From Eledone cirrhosa (taxonomy: Eukaryota), in assembly GCA_964016885.1 (NCBI GenBank), contig OZ024741.1:286874001-286938000 (forward strand): a stretch of 64,000 nucleotides of DNA, read 5' to 3'. A model generated the notes under the pieces. The model worked only from the letters and a program-made list of their open reading frames with translations, was not told the origin of the DNA and searched no databases. Positions 32,270 to 45,264 of the stretch are shown in pieces. A program made the position numbers and the translations under genes. Each line of letters begins with the position of its first letter. The first letter of the stretch is position 1.

Positions 32270-32570
32270 AAATAACAGCCAGATCACTTCCACCAAACAA
32301 CATCCTAACTTCATATCTTCTGGAGTCCCGTGAGGTGGGATGGCTGTTGCAGCAGGTGTCGCTGCCCACTGTCCGCGGAAATACTTTTGCTATTTTGTCC
32401 GCGGAGCTCAACCGAAACACCGATCTGACTTAAGCGTAAAGTATGTCACCCTCCCCCTTCTCCTTTTCTATCTTTTGTCGCCTAATAATCCTTGCTCTTT
32501 CCATCCCTTCCTTCTATTTATAGCATTTATAGTCCTTTCCAATACTACACTCTTTTTTTATATGTTTGAC
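32270..32570 (+). mobile_element. CRE-clade LINE 3' end
   Basis: ESREVGWLLQQVSLPTVRGNTFAILSA followed by a pyrimidine-rich UTR. Confidence 0.6.
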
Positions 32571-32942
32571 TAAATATTAAATTCTTTATTATGTACTTTT
32601 ATGCTACAAATATACTTGAGTATTTTGAAATAAAATTTGAATTCCTAATTTCGTTATAGAAATATTAAACCGACCACAATATTTCACCAGTACTTTATTT
32701 TATCAACCCTGGGAGGACGAAAAGCAAAGATGGCCTCCATGGAATTTGAACACAAAATTTAGAAATCCAAAATTAAAAACCACAGGCATTGTGAACAAGG
32801 TTCTAACAATTGTTGCTGCCAACCATATTCTTGATAAGAGAAAAGGCAAATTTGATAACGTATAATTTTGTATGTATGTATGTATGTATGTATGTATGTA
32901 TGTATGTATGTATGTATGTATGTATGTATGTATGTATGTATG

Positions 32943-33335
32943 TTCTTCTGGTTTTATAATTTCACAAAGTTTTACCAATAGAGAGAGAGTCGGTTTCTAA
33001 CATAGACACAAGACTCTCTCATTGGAATTTACACAACATCAACTAGGTAGATATGTATGTATGCATGCATGTCTAGATATGGATGTTATTGTATGTGTGG
33101 ATGTGTATGTTTTGAGTTGTATGTGTGCATGTGTATATGCTTTGTATCTGTACAAGTGTATATGCAGTTATTAGATGCAACATTTTTGGAATGTCTTACA
33201 TATTTTTACTGTTCCATTAATGGATTGTACTTGTAATTTCCTAATTAGTTGTGTTCTTTCTGTTCCTGTGAAGCCTAGCTTCTCAAGATTTGTATTGAGG
33301 CAGCTACTAACATACCCCAGTGCCCCAATAATCAC
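32943..33335 (-). mobile_element. R4-clade LINE 3' end in (CATA)n
   Basis: Reverse homologue of 26495-26870 (IIGALGYVS...GTVKICK). Confidence 0.8.
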
Positions 33336-33385
33336 ACGCATAATGTATGTATGTATTTATGTGTGTAGTGTGTATGTATGTATGA

Positions 33386-33657
33386 GTGAAGGACCCCTAG
33401 CCTTTGTCAGGGCATTCTTCTAGAGCAAAGCAACTCAGGAAACTGGGATAACTCCGACATAAAACCTGCGGCTCAGTAGTTACCGATGATGGTGATCTTT
33501 CCTTCTTTTCGAGTTATACGTCGCTCAGAGAGTGTGTTTGGCTCAGTGCACAGTCTTTCCTCACTTTAAAAAAATTTTCACGCACAGGCATTGCAGAATT
33601 AGTTAATAATTGTATATCGTGCAATAGCCATACTCGATAACGAGGGGGCAGCCATCA
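33386..33657 (+). mobile_element. RTE-derived non-autonomous element (subfamily B), with (ATGT)n tail
   Basis: Reverse homologue of 25821-26110. Confidence 0.65.
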
Positions 33658-33733
33658 TGTATGTATGTATGTATGTATGTATGTATGTATGTATGTATGT
33701 ATGTATGTATGTATGTATGTATGTATGTATGTA

Positions 33734-34370
33734 TGTCATGTCACCAGTTGGTGCTACTGGTAACATGTATCCCAGTACAACCTGTCTCATGGTCGGGTCG
33801 TTGGCGATTAAACTGGCAACCCTACCAAGGTTTCTTGGTGAGGAGGGTGAATTTGGACATCCTGCAGGACTAAAAACAAAACCCGCCAAAGGGCAAAGGA
33901 GCTCTTAAGAGTCAATGGCCATCCAAAATCACCGGGAGAGATGACCCCTTAGCCTTTGTCAAGGCAGAATTCTAGGAGAAGGAAAACTCTGATATAACAC
34001 CTGCAACCCTGATGGTATCCAATGATGTTGACTTGTTCTTCTTTTTGGTAAATATCATCTTGGTTAAGAGAGTGGGACTGGCTTTGTGCAGTGCCTTTGC
34101 TCACTATAAAAGCTTCACGGCACAGGCATTGCTTTATATCTGGAGATCTCTCTGCACTTGTCCTCACATGGGCCCAGCACTATGTGTCAATAATTGTCCT
34201 ACCATGGGCCCAGCACTATGTGTCAATAATTGTCACAGGTGTAGTGTTTGTACCAGAGGTTTCAAGTCGCTGGCTGGACTAAAAAGTCACACTCGTTCAG
34301 CGCTTCGGTAGGGGTTATCCTACATGGATGTAAAGTAGTGGCCGTACTCGAAAACGAGTTGGCAGCTACC
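33734..34370 (+). mobile_element. Bipartite RTE-derived element (5'UTR fused to 3' end), copy 1
   Basis: Structured leader, CTAGGAGAAGGAAAACTCTG motif, terminal C2H2-like CSVCTRGFKSLAGLKSH, and (ATGT)n tail. Confidence 0.7.
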
Positions 34371-34386
34371 ATGTATGTATGTATGT

Positions 34387-34997
34387 ATGTCAGGTCACCA
34401 GTTGGTGCTACTGGTAACATGTATCCCAGTACAACCTGCCTCATGGTTGGGTCGTTGGCGACTAAACTGGCAACCCCACCAAGGTTTCTTGGTGAGGAGG
34501 GTGACTTTGGACATCCTGCAGGAATAAAAACAAAACCTGTCAAAGGGCAAAGGAGCTCTTAAGAGTCAATGGCCATCCAAAATCACCGGGAGAGATGACC
34601 CCTTAGCCTTTGTCAAGGCAGAATTCTAGGAGAAGGAAAACTCTGATATAACACCTGCAACTCTGATGGTATCCAATGATGTTGACTTGTTCTTCTTTTT
34701 GGTAAATATCATCTTGGTTAAGAGAGTGGGATTGGCTTTGTGCAGTGCCTTTGCTCACTATAAAAGCTTCACAGCACAGGCATTGCTTTATATCTGGAGA
34801 TCTCTCTGCACTTGTCATCACAGGGTACAATGGGCCCAGCACTATGTGTCAATAATTGTCACAAGTGTAGTGTTTGTACCAGAGTTTTCAAGTCGCTGGC
34901 TGGACTAAAAAGTCACACTCGTTCAGCGCATCGGTAGGGGTTCTCCTACATGGATATAGAGTAGTGGCCGTACTCGAAAACGAGTTGGCAGCCACCA
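34387..34997 (+). mobile_element. Bipartite RTE-derived element, copy 2 (tandem)
   Basis: Highly similar to 33734-34370, with (ATGT)n tail to 35063. Confidence 0.7.
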
Positions 34998-35035
34998 TGT
35001 ATGTATGTATGTATGTATGTATGTATGTATGTATG

Positions 35036-35066
<31 letters not shown>

Positions 35067-35419
35067 TCTACAAGAAAGTATATTGCACTGGTAGAGACAG
35101 GTTCCACCTGGCGTGACTTCGCTCTAATTGTACGGTATATCATTGTACAATAGACTGTGCTTTTCAAGATGTCGGACCATCTGCTTTTCCTTCCTTACTT
35201 CCTCCTCTCTGAGATTTATCTTTTCAATATTTGTTCTCTAGCCCGCGAAGGAAGCGGTTGGCTGGGTGGAAAGTTTTTTTATATGTTGTATGCAGCGGCT
35301 TCAGTTGGCTTTGAAACCGTATCGCTGTTCCTGTAACAAATGGCTGGCTGACTCGTCCACTGGTCACCTGGCTGGCTGCATCCTCGTCAGGTCACCTAGC
35401 TGGCTGCCTCCTCGTCAGG

Positions 35420-35765
35420 TCAGCTGGCTGGCTGCCTCGTCGTCTGACTGTAAGATCGAAGCGTCGGTGGCCCGTCTGAGGAGGGAGCCCTCGTGAGGTT
35501 CGATGGCTATTGCAGCGGGTGTCACTGGCCATCGTCCCGGTGAACGCTTTTGCCGTCTTGTCTGCAGAGCGCAGCACACCTGTCCCCTTGCCCTAGGCCC
35601 AAAGCCCAATCAGCTCCGCCCCCCATTCCTCTCTCTTCTGTGACACCAGAGCTCTTGCCATCTCTTCCCCGTTCTTTTTCTTCTTTTTTTCTCTCTTTTT
35701 TTTCTTTTCTATATTTCCGTATTCTTTCTTTCTTTGTTTTCCCTTTTTTTATTTTTTGTTACTAA
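35420..35765 (+). mobile_element. CRE-clade LINE 3' end
   Basis: ARLRREP/REVRWLLQRVSLAIVPVNAFAVLSA followed by a T-rich UTR. Confidence 0.6.
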
Positions 35766-35803
35766 ATGAGGTTTGTTTCTATTGCATTCATTTGAAATGT
35801 AGT

Positions 35804-37416
35804 TGTTGTCTGACTCGGTGGTCGTCTGATTGGTTCAATGTTGTCTGACTCGGCGGTCGTCTGATTGGTTCAATGTTGTCTGACTAGGCGGTCGTCTGAT
35901 TGGTTCAATGTTGTCTGACTAGGCAGTCGCCTGATTGGTTCAATGTTGTCTGACTCGGCGGTCGCCTGATTGGTTCAATGTTGTCTGACTCGGCGGTCGC
36001 CTGATTGGTTCAATGTTGTCTGACTCGGCGGTCGTCTGATTGGTTCAATGTTGTCTGACTAGGCGGTCGTCTGATTGGTTCAATGTTGTCTGACTAGGCG
36101 GTCGCCTGATTGGTTCAATGTTGTCTGACTAGGCGGTCGTCTGATTGGTTCAATGTTGTCTGACTAGGCAGTCGCCTGATTGGTTCAATGTTGTCTGACT
36201 CGGCGGTCGCCTGATTGGTTCAATGTTGTCTGACTCGGCGGTCGCCTGATTGGTTCAATGTTGTCTGACTCGGCGGTCGTCTGATTGGTTCAATGTTGTC
36301 TGACTAGGCGGTCGTCTGATTGGTTCAATGTTGTCTGACTCGGCGGTCGCCTGATTGGTTCAATGTTGTCTGACTCGGCGGTCGCCTGATTGGTTCAATG
36401 TTGTCTGACTCGGCGGTCGTCTGATTGGTTCAATGTTGTCTGACTAGGCGGTCGTCTTATTGGTTCAATGTTGTCTGACTAGGCGGTCGTCTGATTGGTT
36501 CAATGTTGTCTGACTAGGCGGTCGTCTGATTGGTTCAATGTTGTCTGACTAGGCGGTCGTCTGATTGGTTCAATGTTGTCTGACTAGGCGGTCGTCTGAT
36601 TGGTTCAATGTTGTCTGACTAGGCGGTCGTCTGATTGGTTCAATGTTGTCTGACTCGGCGGTCGCCTGATTGGTTCAATGTTGTCTGACTCGGCGGTCGT
36701 CTGATTGGTTCAATGTTGTCTGACTAGGCGGTCGTCTGATTGGTTCAATGTTGTCTGACTAGGCGGTCGTCTGATTGGTTCAATGTTGTCTGACTAGGCG
36801 GTCGTCTGATTGGTTCAATGTTGTCTGACTAGGCGGTCGTCTGATTGGTTCAATGTTGTCTGACTCGGCGGTCGTCTGATTGGTTCAATGTTGTCTGACT
36901 CGGCGGTCGTCTGATTGGTTCAATGTTGTCTGACTAGGCGGTCGTCTGATTGGTTCAATGTTGTCTGACTCGGCGGTCGTCTGATTGGTTCAATGTTGTC
37001 TGACTCGGCGGTCGTCTGATTGGTTCAATGTTGTCTGACTAGGCGGTCGTCTGATTGGTTCAATGTTGTCTGACTAGGCGGTCGTCTGATTGGTTCAATG
37101 TTGTCTGACTAGGCGGTCGTCTGATTGGTTCAATGTTGTCTGACTCGGCGGTCGTCTGATTGGTTCAATGTTGTCTGACTAGGCGGTCGTCTGATTGGTT
37201 CAATGTTGTCTGACTAGGTGGTCGCCTGATTGGTTCAATGTTGTCTGACTCGGTGGTCGTCTGATTGGTTCAATGTTGTCTGACTCGGCGGTCGTCTGAT
37301 TGGTTCAATGTTGTCTGACTAGGCGGTCGTCTGATTGGTTCAATGTTGTCTGACTCGGCGGTCGTCTGATTGGTTCAATGTTGTCTGACTAGGCGGTCGT
37401 CTGATTGGTTCAATGT
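35804..37416. repeat. 35-bp minisatellite, about 46 copies
   Basis: Unit TGGTTCAATGTTGTCTGACT(A/C)GGCGGTCG(T/C)CTGAT. Confidence 0.97.
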
Positions 37417-37852
37417 CAGTCTTTTTGATTCTTGTTGTTTTGCTGTGTTGTTGTTTTTTTGTTACCGTTGCTGCTCTCATTGTTGTTGATGGTGTCTGTA
37501 GTGGCAGTAAAGGGGATGTTGGCATTGTTGTACTTTTGTCTCTCACTCATGGCTGGATTGTTGGCGTGACCTAGGGCTTTACTTAGCACATTACACACTT
37601 AATAGTTCCATTTTGCGGATGTGGAGGGATTTTTCGCCTCCACTTTCTTTACCGAAATTTAAAGGGTGCAATTTAACAATAATTATACAATATTTGGGCC
37701 TTTGAATCGCTTTTCTGAGGGAAACGTATGGCGCTGTAGTTACACATTGTAACAAAAATCAAAAAAAAAAAAAAAAAGAAACGTTTTAAAAACAGGTAAA
37801 CAACAACAAACTTACGGAACAAAATATGCGGGGCGAGTAATAAAGTATAATA

Positions 37853-38245
37853 ATTGTTTCTACTTTTGGCACAAGGCCAGCAATTACCCAATTCATTACT
37901 GGTACTTTATTTTATCGACCCCGTAAGGATGAAAGGCAAAGTTAACCTCGGCGGGATTCGAACTCAGAACGTAATGGGCCGTAACTCTCTTCCACAAAGC
38001 ATGTTGTCCGACGCTCTACCGATACTGCCAATCCACCGCCCTATAATAATGATTTATACTATAGGCACAATTTGGAGGGGAGGGGCAAGTCGATTAAATC
38101 GACCTCAGTACATTACTGGTACTTTATATTATCGACCCCGTAAGGATGAAAGGCAAAGTTAACCTCGGCGGATTTGAACTAAGAACGTAAAGGGCTATAA
38201 CTCTATGATGCAAAACATGGTGTCTGACGCTCTACCGATACTGCC

Positions 38246-38246
<1 letters not shown>
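37853..38246 (-). mobile_element. Two tandem family A SINEs
   Basis: The reverse core CTGGTACTTTATTTTATCGACCCCGTAAGGATGAAAGGC occurs twice (second copy imperfect). Confidence 0.8.
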
Positions 38247-38287
<41 letters not shown>

Positions 38288-38288
38288 T

Positions 38289-39722
38289 TATGAGGAAAGG
38301 ATAAGGAAGGAATGTTACCGCAGAGTAAGAGCAATCTTAAGAACGGAATTGAATGCAAGGAATAGGATCGATGCCATAAACACGCTTGCCATACCAGTAG
38401 TAACCTACAGTTACAATGTCATCAACTGGTCAAGCACAGAGATCCGTAGGCTCGATACAAAAATTTGAAAATTCTTAACCATGCACAGAATGCATCACCC
38501 TAAGACAGATATAGATAGAATATATCTCCCTAGGAAAGAAGGAGGACGTGGGTTAATCAGTTAGACATTGCGTTGAAAACTGCAACAATTGGGTTATCTA
38601 CATATCTAAGGGAATCACATGATTGGATGATCAAACTCGTTTTGAAACACGAAAGCATCAAAAGATCATATTCCATTACAAAAGATGCACAAAGATACAG
38701 TAATGGACTACAAATTTCAGAAGTCCCATTTACTGCTGAAATGGAAAACACAGAAAAAGCAAAGCAGGTAAAAGTAACTGCAAAGAAAGAACTGCTACAG
38801 AAACTGGCTAAGAAATGGCAAGAAAAGCCTCTGTATGGAAAATACCCAGAGCGAGCTAACAATCCTGATGTTGACAAAACTTTAACCCATCAGTGGTTGG
38901 CATCCTCTGGACTGAAATCGGAGACTGAAGGATTGATTATATCAGCACAAGATCAGTGTCTGCCAACAAAAAATTACCAAGCCAACATAATAAAAAATGG
39001 ATGCAGCCCATTATGCCGTGTATACAAAAAACAACCAGAGACCATTGACCATATAATTTCAATGTGCAGTCCTATAGCTCCAACCGAATACCTAAACATG
39101 CATGACAGAGCTGCACAATACATACATTGGATAATGTGTAAGCATTTTGACCTGCCCCATCAAAAGAATTGGTGGGAGCATCAACCACCTCCCATACTTG
39201 AAAAAGATCACATCTCAATCTTGTGGAATTTAGCATCCAAACAGACCGAAAAATAGATGCAAATAGACCTGATATAATATTGAAGGACTTTAAAAAGAGG
39301 GTATGCCTGCTAATTGATATGTCTGTTCCAATAGACAAGAATGTATCTATAAAAACATTTGAAAAATTGAGTAAGTATAAGGACCTGGAGATAGAAATTG
39401 GAAAAATGTGGAAATTGAGAACTAAAACAATACCAGTGGTTGTAGGCGCTCTGGGAATGATACCTAAGGGGTCTAATGATTACTTATCGCAAATCCCAGG
39501 AAACCCGCGTATAGGAGAAATACAAAAGATAGTACTAATGGGAACTGCCCATATACTAAGGAAGATTCTGTCAATATAAGTACATCACAAGTCTAAACAC
39601 TAAAGATGCATTTGTGAGTATGTATGTTCTTTCTTGAACATGGCGGACCTTGTTGTCTCTTGATGTCACTGGTTGTGACTTGGTGATAACTCGTATGAAC
39701 ATAAAGCAAGATAAATGCAACT

Positions 39723-39723
<1 letters not shown>
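38289..39723 (+). mobile_element. R4/Dong-like LINE, 5'-truncated, in (TAA)n
   Basis: LYLPRKEGGRGL-like motif, ISAQDQCL, CRV..PETIDHIISMC, NRPDI and VVVGALG. Flanked by TAA runs. Confidence 0.9.
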
Positions 39724-39784
<61 letters not shown>

Positions 39785-39787
<3 letters not shown>

Positions 39788-41050
39788 TGAAGGAATTGAT
39801 AAGAACTGAATATATTCGGAGAGTAAGGAGCGTATTAAAGTCACATCTGAACAGTAGGAATGCCATAAGTGCAGTAAATTCTCGAGCTGTGTCTATTATT
39901 AGGTACAGTGCGGGAATTCTGAGATGGAATGTTGCTGAACAAAAAGAAATGGATAGGAAGACTAGGAAGCTATTGACTATCTACAACATATTCCACAAGA
40001 GGAGTGATGTCGATAGACTCTACTTAAGGAGATCTTAAGGTGGAAAAGGTCTTATCAGCATAGAGGACTGTGTTCAGATGGAGAAAAACAACCTACACAA
40101 ATACGTGACTGATAGTAAGGAGCCAATGCTCAGAACTGTACTGAAGGAGAGGACAATAGACCAGGGGATGTCCAAGGAGGAAATAACATCAAGGAGAAAG
40201 AGCAGCCTTCAGGAAAAATCCTTTCATAGTACCTTCTTTGAGAAAACTGAATTCAGAGATCCACAGACATGGAACTGGTTGAAAAGAGGAGACCTTAAAA
40301 AGGCTACAGAAGGAATGTTAATGGCTGCGCAAGAGCAGGCCCTCAAAACGAAGTGGTTGAAACACCATATTTACAAGGAGGAGGCTAGCCCACTGTGCAG
40401 GATCTGTGGAGAGAGAGAGAGAGGAGACTGTGGCTCACATTGTATCCGAGTGTAAACACCTAGCCCAAACTCACTATAAAGGCAGGAGACATGATGTGAT
40501 GGGCAGGGTGATCCACTGGCACCTATGCAAAGTAAACAATTTACCACATTCTGAGAAGTGGTATGAGCATAAGCCAGAGTCGGTGATAGAAAACGATCAG
40601 GTGAAGGTGCTGTGGGATTTAGGATACAGACGGACAAGAAACTGGAACACAATAGACCTGACCTGGTGGTTGTGGACAAAGAAAAAAGATCGTGCCTGAT
40701 TGTGGATGTGGCCTGCCCATTTGACACGAGAGTGCAAGAAAAGGAGAGGGAGAAAATTAACCTATACCAGGACTTAATGTGGGAGGTAAAAAGGATTTGG
40801 AACTGCCATGAAGTCAGAGTCGTCCCGATTGTCATAGGCGCACTAGGTACTATCTCAAAGAGTTTCCAAATATGGTTAAAGAAGATTAATCCAGCCCCGC
40901 TTTTTGGAACACTTCAAAAGGCATGCTTGCTGGGAACAGCAAGAACCCTCCGATACGTCCTGAATAACTGAGGCTGCAGGTAGCGGCTTGATATTCATTT
41001 CAACAAACTTTCTAGTTAAATAACATCAATGACTGAGACTCAAAGAACAA
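39785..41050 (+). mobile_element. Second, distinct R4/Dong-like LINE in (TAA)n
   Basis: AAQEQAL, CRICGE..ETVAHIVSEC, NRPDLVV, DVACPFD, IVIGALG and LLGTARTLR. Confidence 0.9.
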
Positions 41051-41504
41051 AAATAATAATAATAATGGTAATGATGATGATTGTCTCTTAATTAACAGAA
41101 AAAGATTGACATCAAGAAAACATTATCGACGGCGCTGAAATCTACAGCAAAACACAGTGTGGGTCTTTATTCGTGTGAAATATGATGACAAAAACAGCAA
41201 CAATAAGAATAATAAGATAGAGAATAGTATGGAGATAAAACACCAACTAAAATAACTCGAGGTGATTTAAAAATCAATCTTTAAAACGGAAATATCGATA
41301 TAACTAGAATAACCGATTCATATAAAAAAGTTATTATAACAAAGGTATGTTGGTAAGAATGAGAGTAAACCAGTTTTCTATCGCATTTTCTTCATCCGGT
41401 TTATAATTGTTTCTACTTTCCTCTCTCTCTCTCACCCCTCTCTCTTCCTCTCTCTTCCTCTTATAATGTATTCCAAGCAGCAGATTTCTTCCATAGGAGG
41501 ATAG

Positions 41505-41588
<84 letters not shown>

Positions 41589-43362
41589 AAGTGAGAAAGA
41601 GAGAGGAAGAATTCACCCAGTACTAGACTGGTACTTTTTATCGATCTTGAATGAATGAAAAGCAAAGATACTTCGACGGTATTTTCACTCAGAGAACAGA
41701 GAGCCGGAACAAATACAGCAAAGCATTGTATCAGACGTTCTAACGACTCTGCTTAAAAAAAGCAGTAAGAAGAATAATTGTTTCTACATTTGGCACAAAG
41801 CTAGCAATTACTCAGTGTATTACTGGTACTTTATTTTATCGACCCCGTAAGGATGAAAGGCAAAGTTAACCTCGGCGTGTGTGTTGGACATCCATCAGTT
41901 CCAATGACGAGTGTTCCGGTTGCTTGAACAACGGAACAACCTGCTCAGGAAATTAACGTACAAGTAGCTGAGTATTCCATGGATATACTCAGGGATATTC
42001 AACGTGACACAGCATGCATCATGGTTCGTCCTTTAAATTACAGGTAGAACTTAAATTTTTGTCATCTTAGTGGAGTAGAGCAGCGTGAAATAAAGTGTCT
42101 TTACAGTGAAATAAAGTGTTTAACGCCAAGACTCGAACACACGACCAAACAATGGCCAAAACCACTAAGATTCGCACTTTCTCAATTTCTTATATAGGCT
42201 CAACGACAAAATAAATGCATGAATGGTACTTTCTTTATTATCTTGCACTCCTCGGAAGTATTGTATTCAGTGAATTATTAGCAGAAAATAAATATTTTCA
42301 AGAAGATTCTATCTCTTGTCTGCACTTTCGTGACAATGTACCACGAGTAGGCAAAACAACCAGTTTAAATTACCTGATATAGTGAATGAAAACAAATCTC
42401 ATCGAACATAAATCATTTCCAGACAGTCTGTAAATATATTCAGCTAATGATATACAATTTTAAGATCTTCTCTGTTATGCATTTTACTAAATACATTAAA
42501 ACGTCATTTGGACAAGTAAAATGTAGGAATGTTTTACAAAATGACGGATGGGACAAAACAAACAAACAAATATACAAAGAAATAAACATACAAAGAAAAA
42601 CATATAATATCTATGGCTGATAAAAATCAAACAAAATTGAGAACTTTCCATGTTATAGGTATTTGTTCCAAGACAGCAATGCATGAAAAACCAGTGGAAG
42701 AATGGGAATTGAAGAAGAATTAATGCAGCTTGAAAAACTAATTTGAATAGTATCAACATTATTGCTGCCATTAACGCAATTTCTAAAGCAATGACAGCAT
42801 ACAGTTTTGTAATATTGACCAAGAATATTATACAATTAACTACAATAGATCACCTCACTATACATTTGCTAATTGAACCATGATATACTGACGTAAGCCA
42901 GACAGACATTCTTTGATTATATGAACACAAAACAGGAAAAAATTGCAGTGGATTTACTGAGCATCGTAAGAGCAACAACTTAAGCTGTACATTAGTTTAA
43001 CTCTTATTTTGTGTCATTTTGATATATGGTGAAAATGTAAAGTAATAAGTTGCATACCAGAGATGTAATGAAAGGAAAATGTGGTGCGAAATTACAGACT
43101 TCTTAAGATCTAAAGCTAAAATCAAATAAACATTATTACAACAGTGAAATGGAGATAAATATTTGCAAATCTGATCGACCCTAACAAAAGAATTAGGAAG
43201 ACATGTACCCAGAAAGTTTTACGTGGTCGATCGACCTACTAGAAATATCAAAATTTTCCCTCAAATCTCAAAACAGGAACGACATGTTAGACAATGCTTC
43301 AGATATACAAAAAAAGCTAGGATTGTCACAGCTTCAATGCCTTGCCATTGTTCATATGTCTG

Positions 43363-43640
43363 TTCAATGTCAGTTTTGACAGCGCAGGCTGGCAACAGGT
43401 GACACTCCCAGCGAGGTTCGGTGGCCTCGGCCTCCGATCAGCTTTGGACCTAGCTTTACCTGCCTAAGTCTCCTATATCTCCTCTTGTCGCGCTCTCGTC
43501 AGCGAGGTTTTCATCCAGACGACCGAACCTGACCTGGCCCCTGAGATGGAACAGGCCCTGGCCTACTGGACAGGGGAAGGCCTCTCTATCCCCCAGTATA
43601 CTACGATCCAACGTAACTGGGACGACATTGTCAGACAAGT
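43363..43640 (+). mobile_element. CRE-clade LINE internal fragment
   Basis: A frame absent from the ORF track reads WQQVTLPARFGGLGLRSALDLALPA*...QRNWDD. Confidence 0.75.
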
Positions 43641-43825
43641 CATTTCTCTGTCCGTCCTACTCAAGCCATAAGCAGTGTAGGGCGGACAGACACATTACTT
43701 CTCTGAATGAACATGTATGTGAAAATTAATTTTTTTTCTTCACCTTTTTGTTTTAATTTCCTTCATCATTATTATTACTATTATCACTATTTATACAAAT
43801 ATTCAACTTAATATTCTGCATATCA

Positions 43826-43863
43826 GCAATTGATAATGCATTTAATGCTGAAACCGGTATTGT
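43826..43863 (+). ncRNA. Type I hammerhead motif, U3-A8 core
   Basis: gcaa UUGAUAA u gcau uua augc u GAAAC cg GUA uugu, then AATAAA. Confidence 0.65.
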
Positions 43864-44009
43864 AAATAAATTAATGTTTTGATATCTCACTGAAAAAAAA
43901 AAAAATATATATATATATATTAAAGGATTGTAAATAAAACGAGTAAATCAGACAAAGTTGGAATTCCTTTTATTAATATAATCTTCTATACACAATCATA
44001 CACCCGTGT

Positions 44010-44466
<457 letters not shown>

Positions 44467-44467
44467 C

Positions 44468-44574
<107 letters not shown>

Positions 44575-45142
44575 AGGGGAGAGAAAGATGTATGTATGCA
44601 TGTATGTATGTATGTATGTATGTATGTATGTATGTATGTACCATACAAGTTTTAACCATTTCCCTTCATCACCTGAAAGGATTTGACATCTCTCGTTCAT
44701 GTGGTTTTCTTAACATAGCTTCTAATTCAGCACAATTGAGACTACGACTGAACATTTAGTTTCCAACAATGTTTCAATGCTTCAGATTAATCATTACAAT
44801 GACAACTCTATCTTAATCGTCTCAGCATAACTGTTACTGTTTGAAGTACGGAATACTCCACTCGAGGACTTTTGGTCAATTTCATTAATTCGATTATCAA
44901 CTACTAATAGCACCCTCAAGCAACCCAACAGCTTTGCCAGTTCAAAGTTCTTGTGTCTACATAGTCAAGATGGAGAAATCTACTTTAGTGGAAATTTAGT
45001 TAACGTCGTGATCTAACTTCACAGTAGTTGTATTATTATTGTGACTGCGTGACATTTGTTTTAAAATCGGAAGAGTTGTACATGAGAGTTGTACATGCAA
45101 ATAGCTATGTGTGTATGTATGTGTATATAGCTACATATACAC

Positions 45143-45204
<62 letters not shown>

Positions 45205-45264
45205 TTATATGTACATATATACACGTAATATCATACATACATACATATACAGTGTATATATATA

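Noticed and set aside
34387-34500. HDV-like or twister ribozyme assignment
   Set aside because: No room for an HDV P1 3' strand and no twister GGUCCCAAGCCC-type loop. Kept only as an unassigned structure.
35804-37416. CRISPR-like array
   Set aside because: Units are contiguous with no unique spacers and no cas genes. It is a eukaryotic minisatellite.
42496-42850. Possible terminal exon or hydrophobic ORF
   Set aside because: No recognisable homology, and AT-rich composition explains the hydrophobicity.
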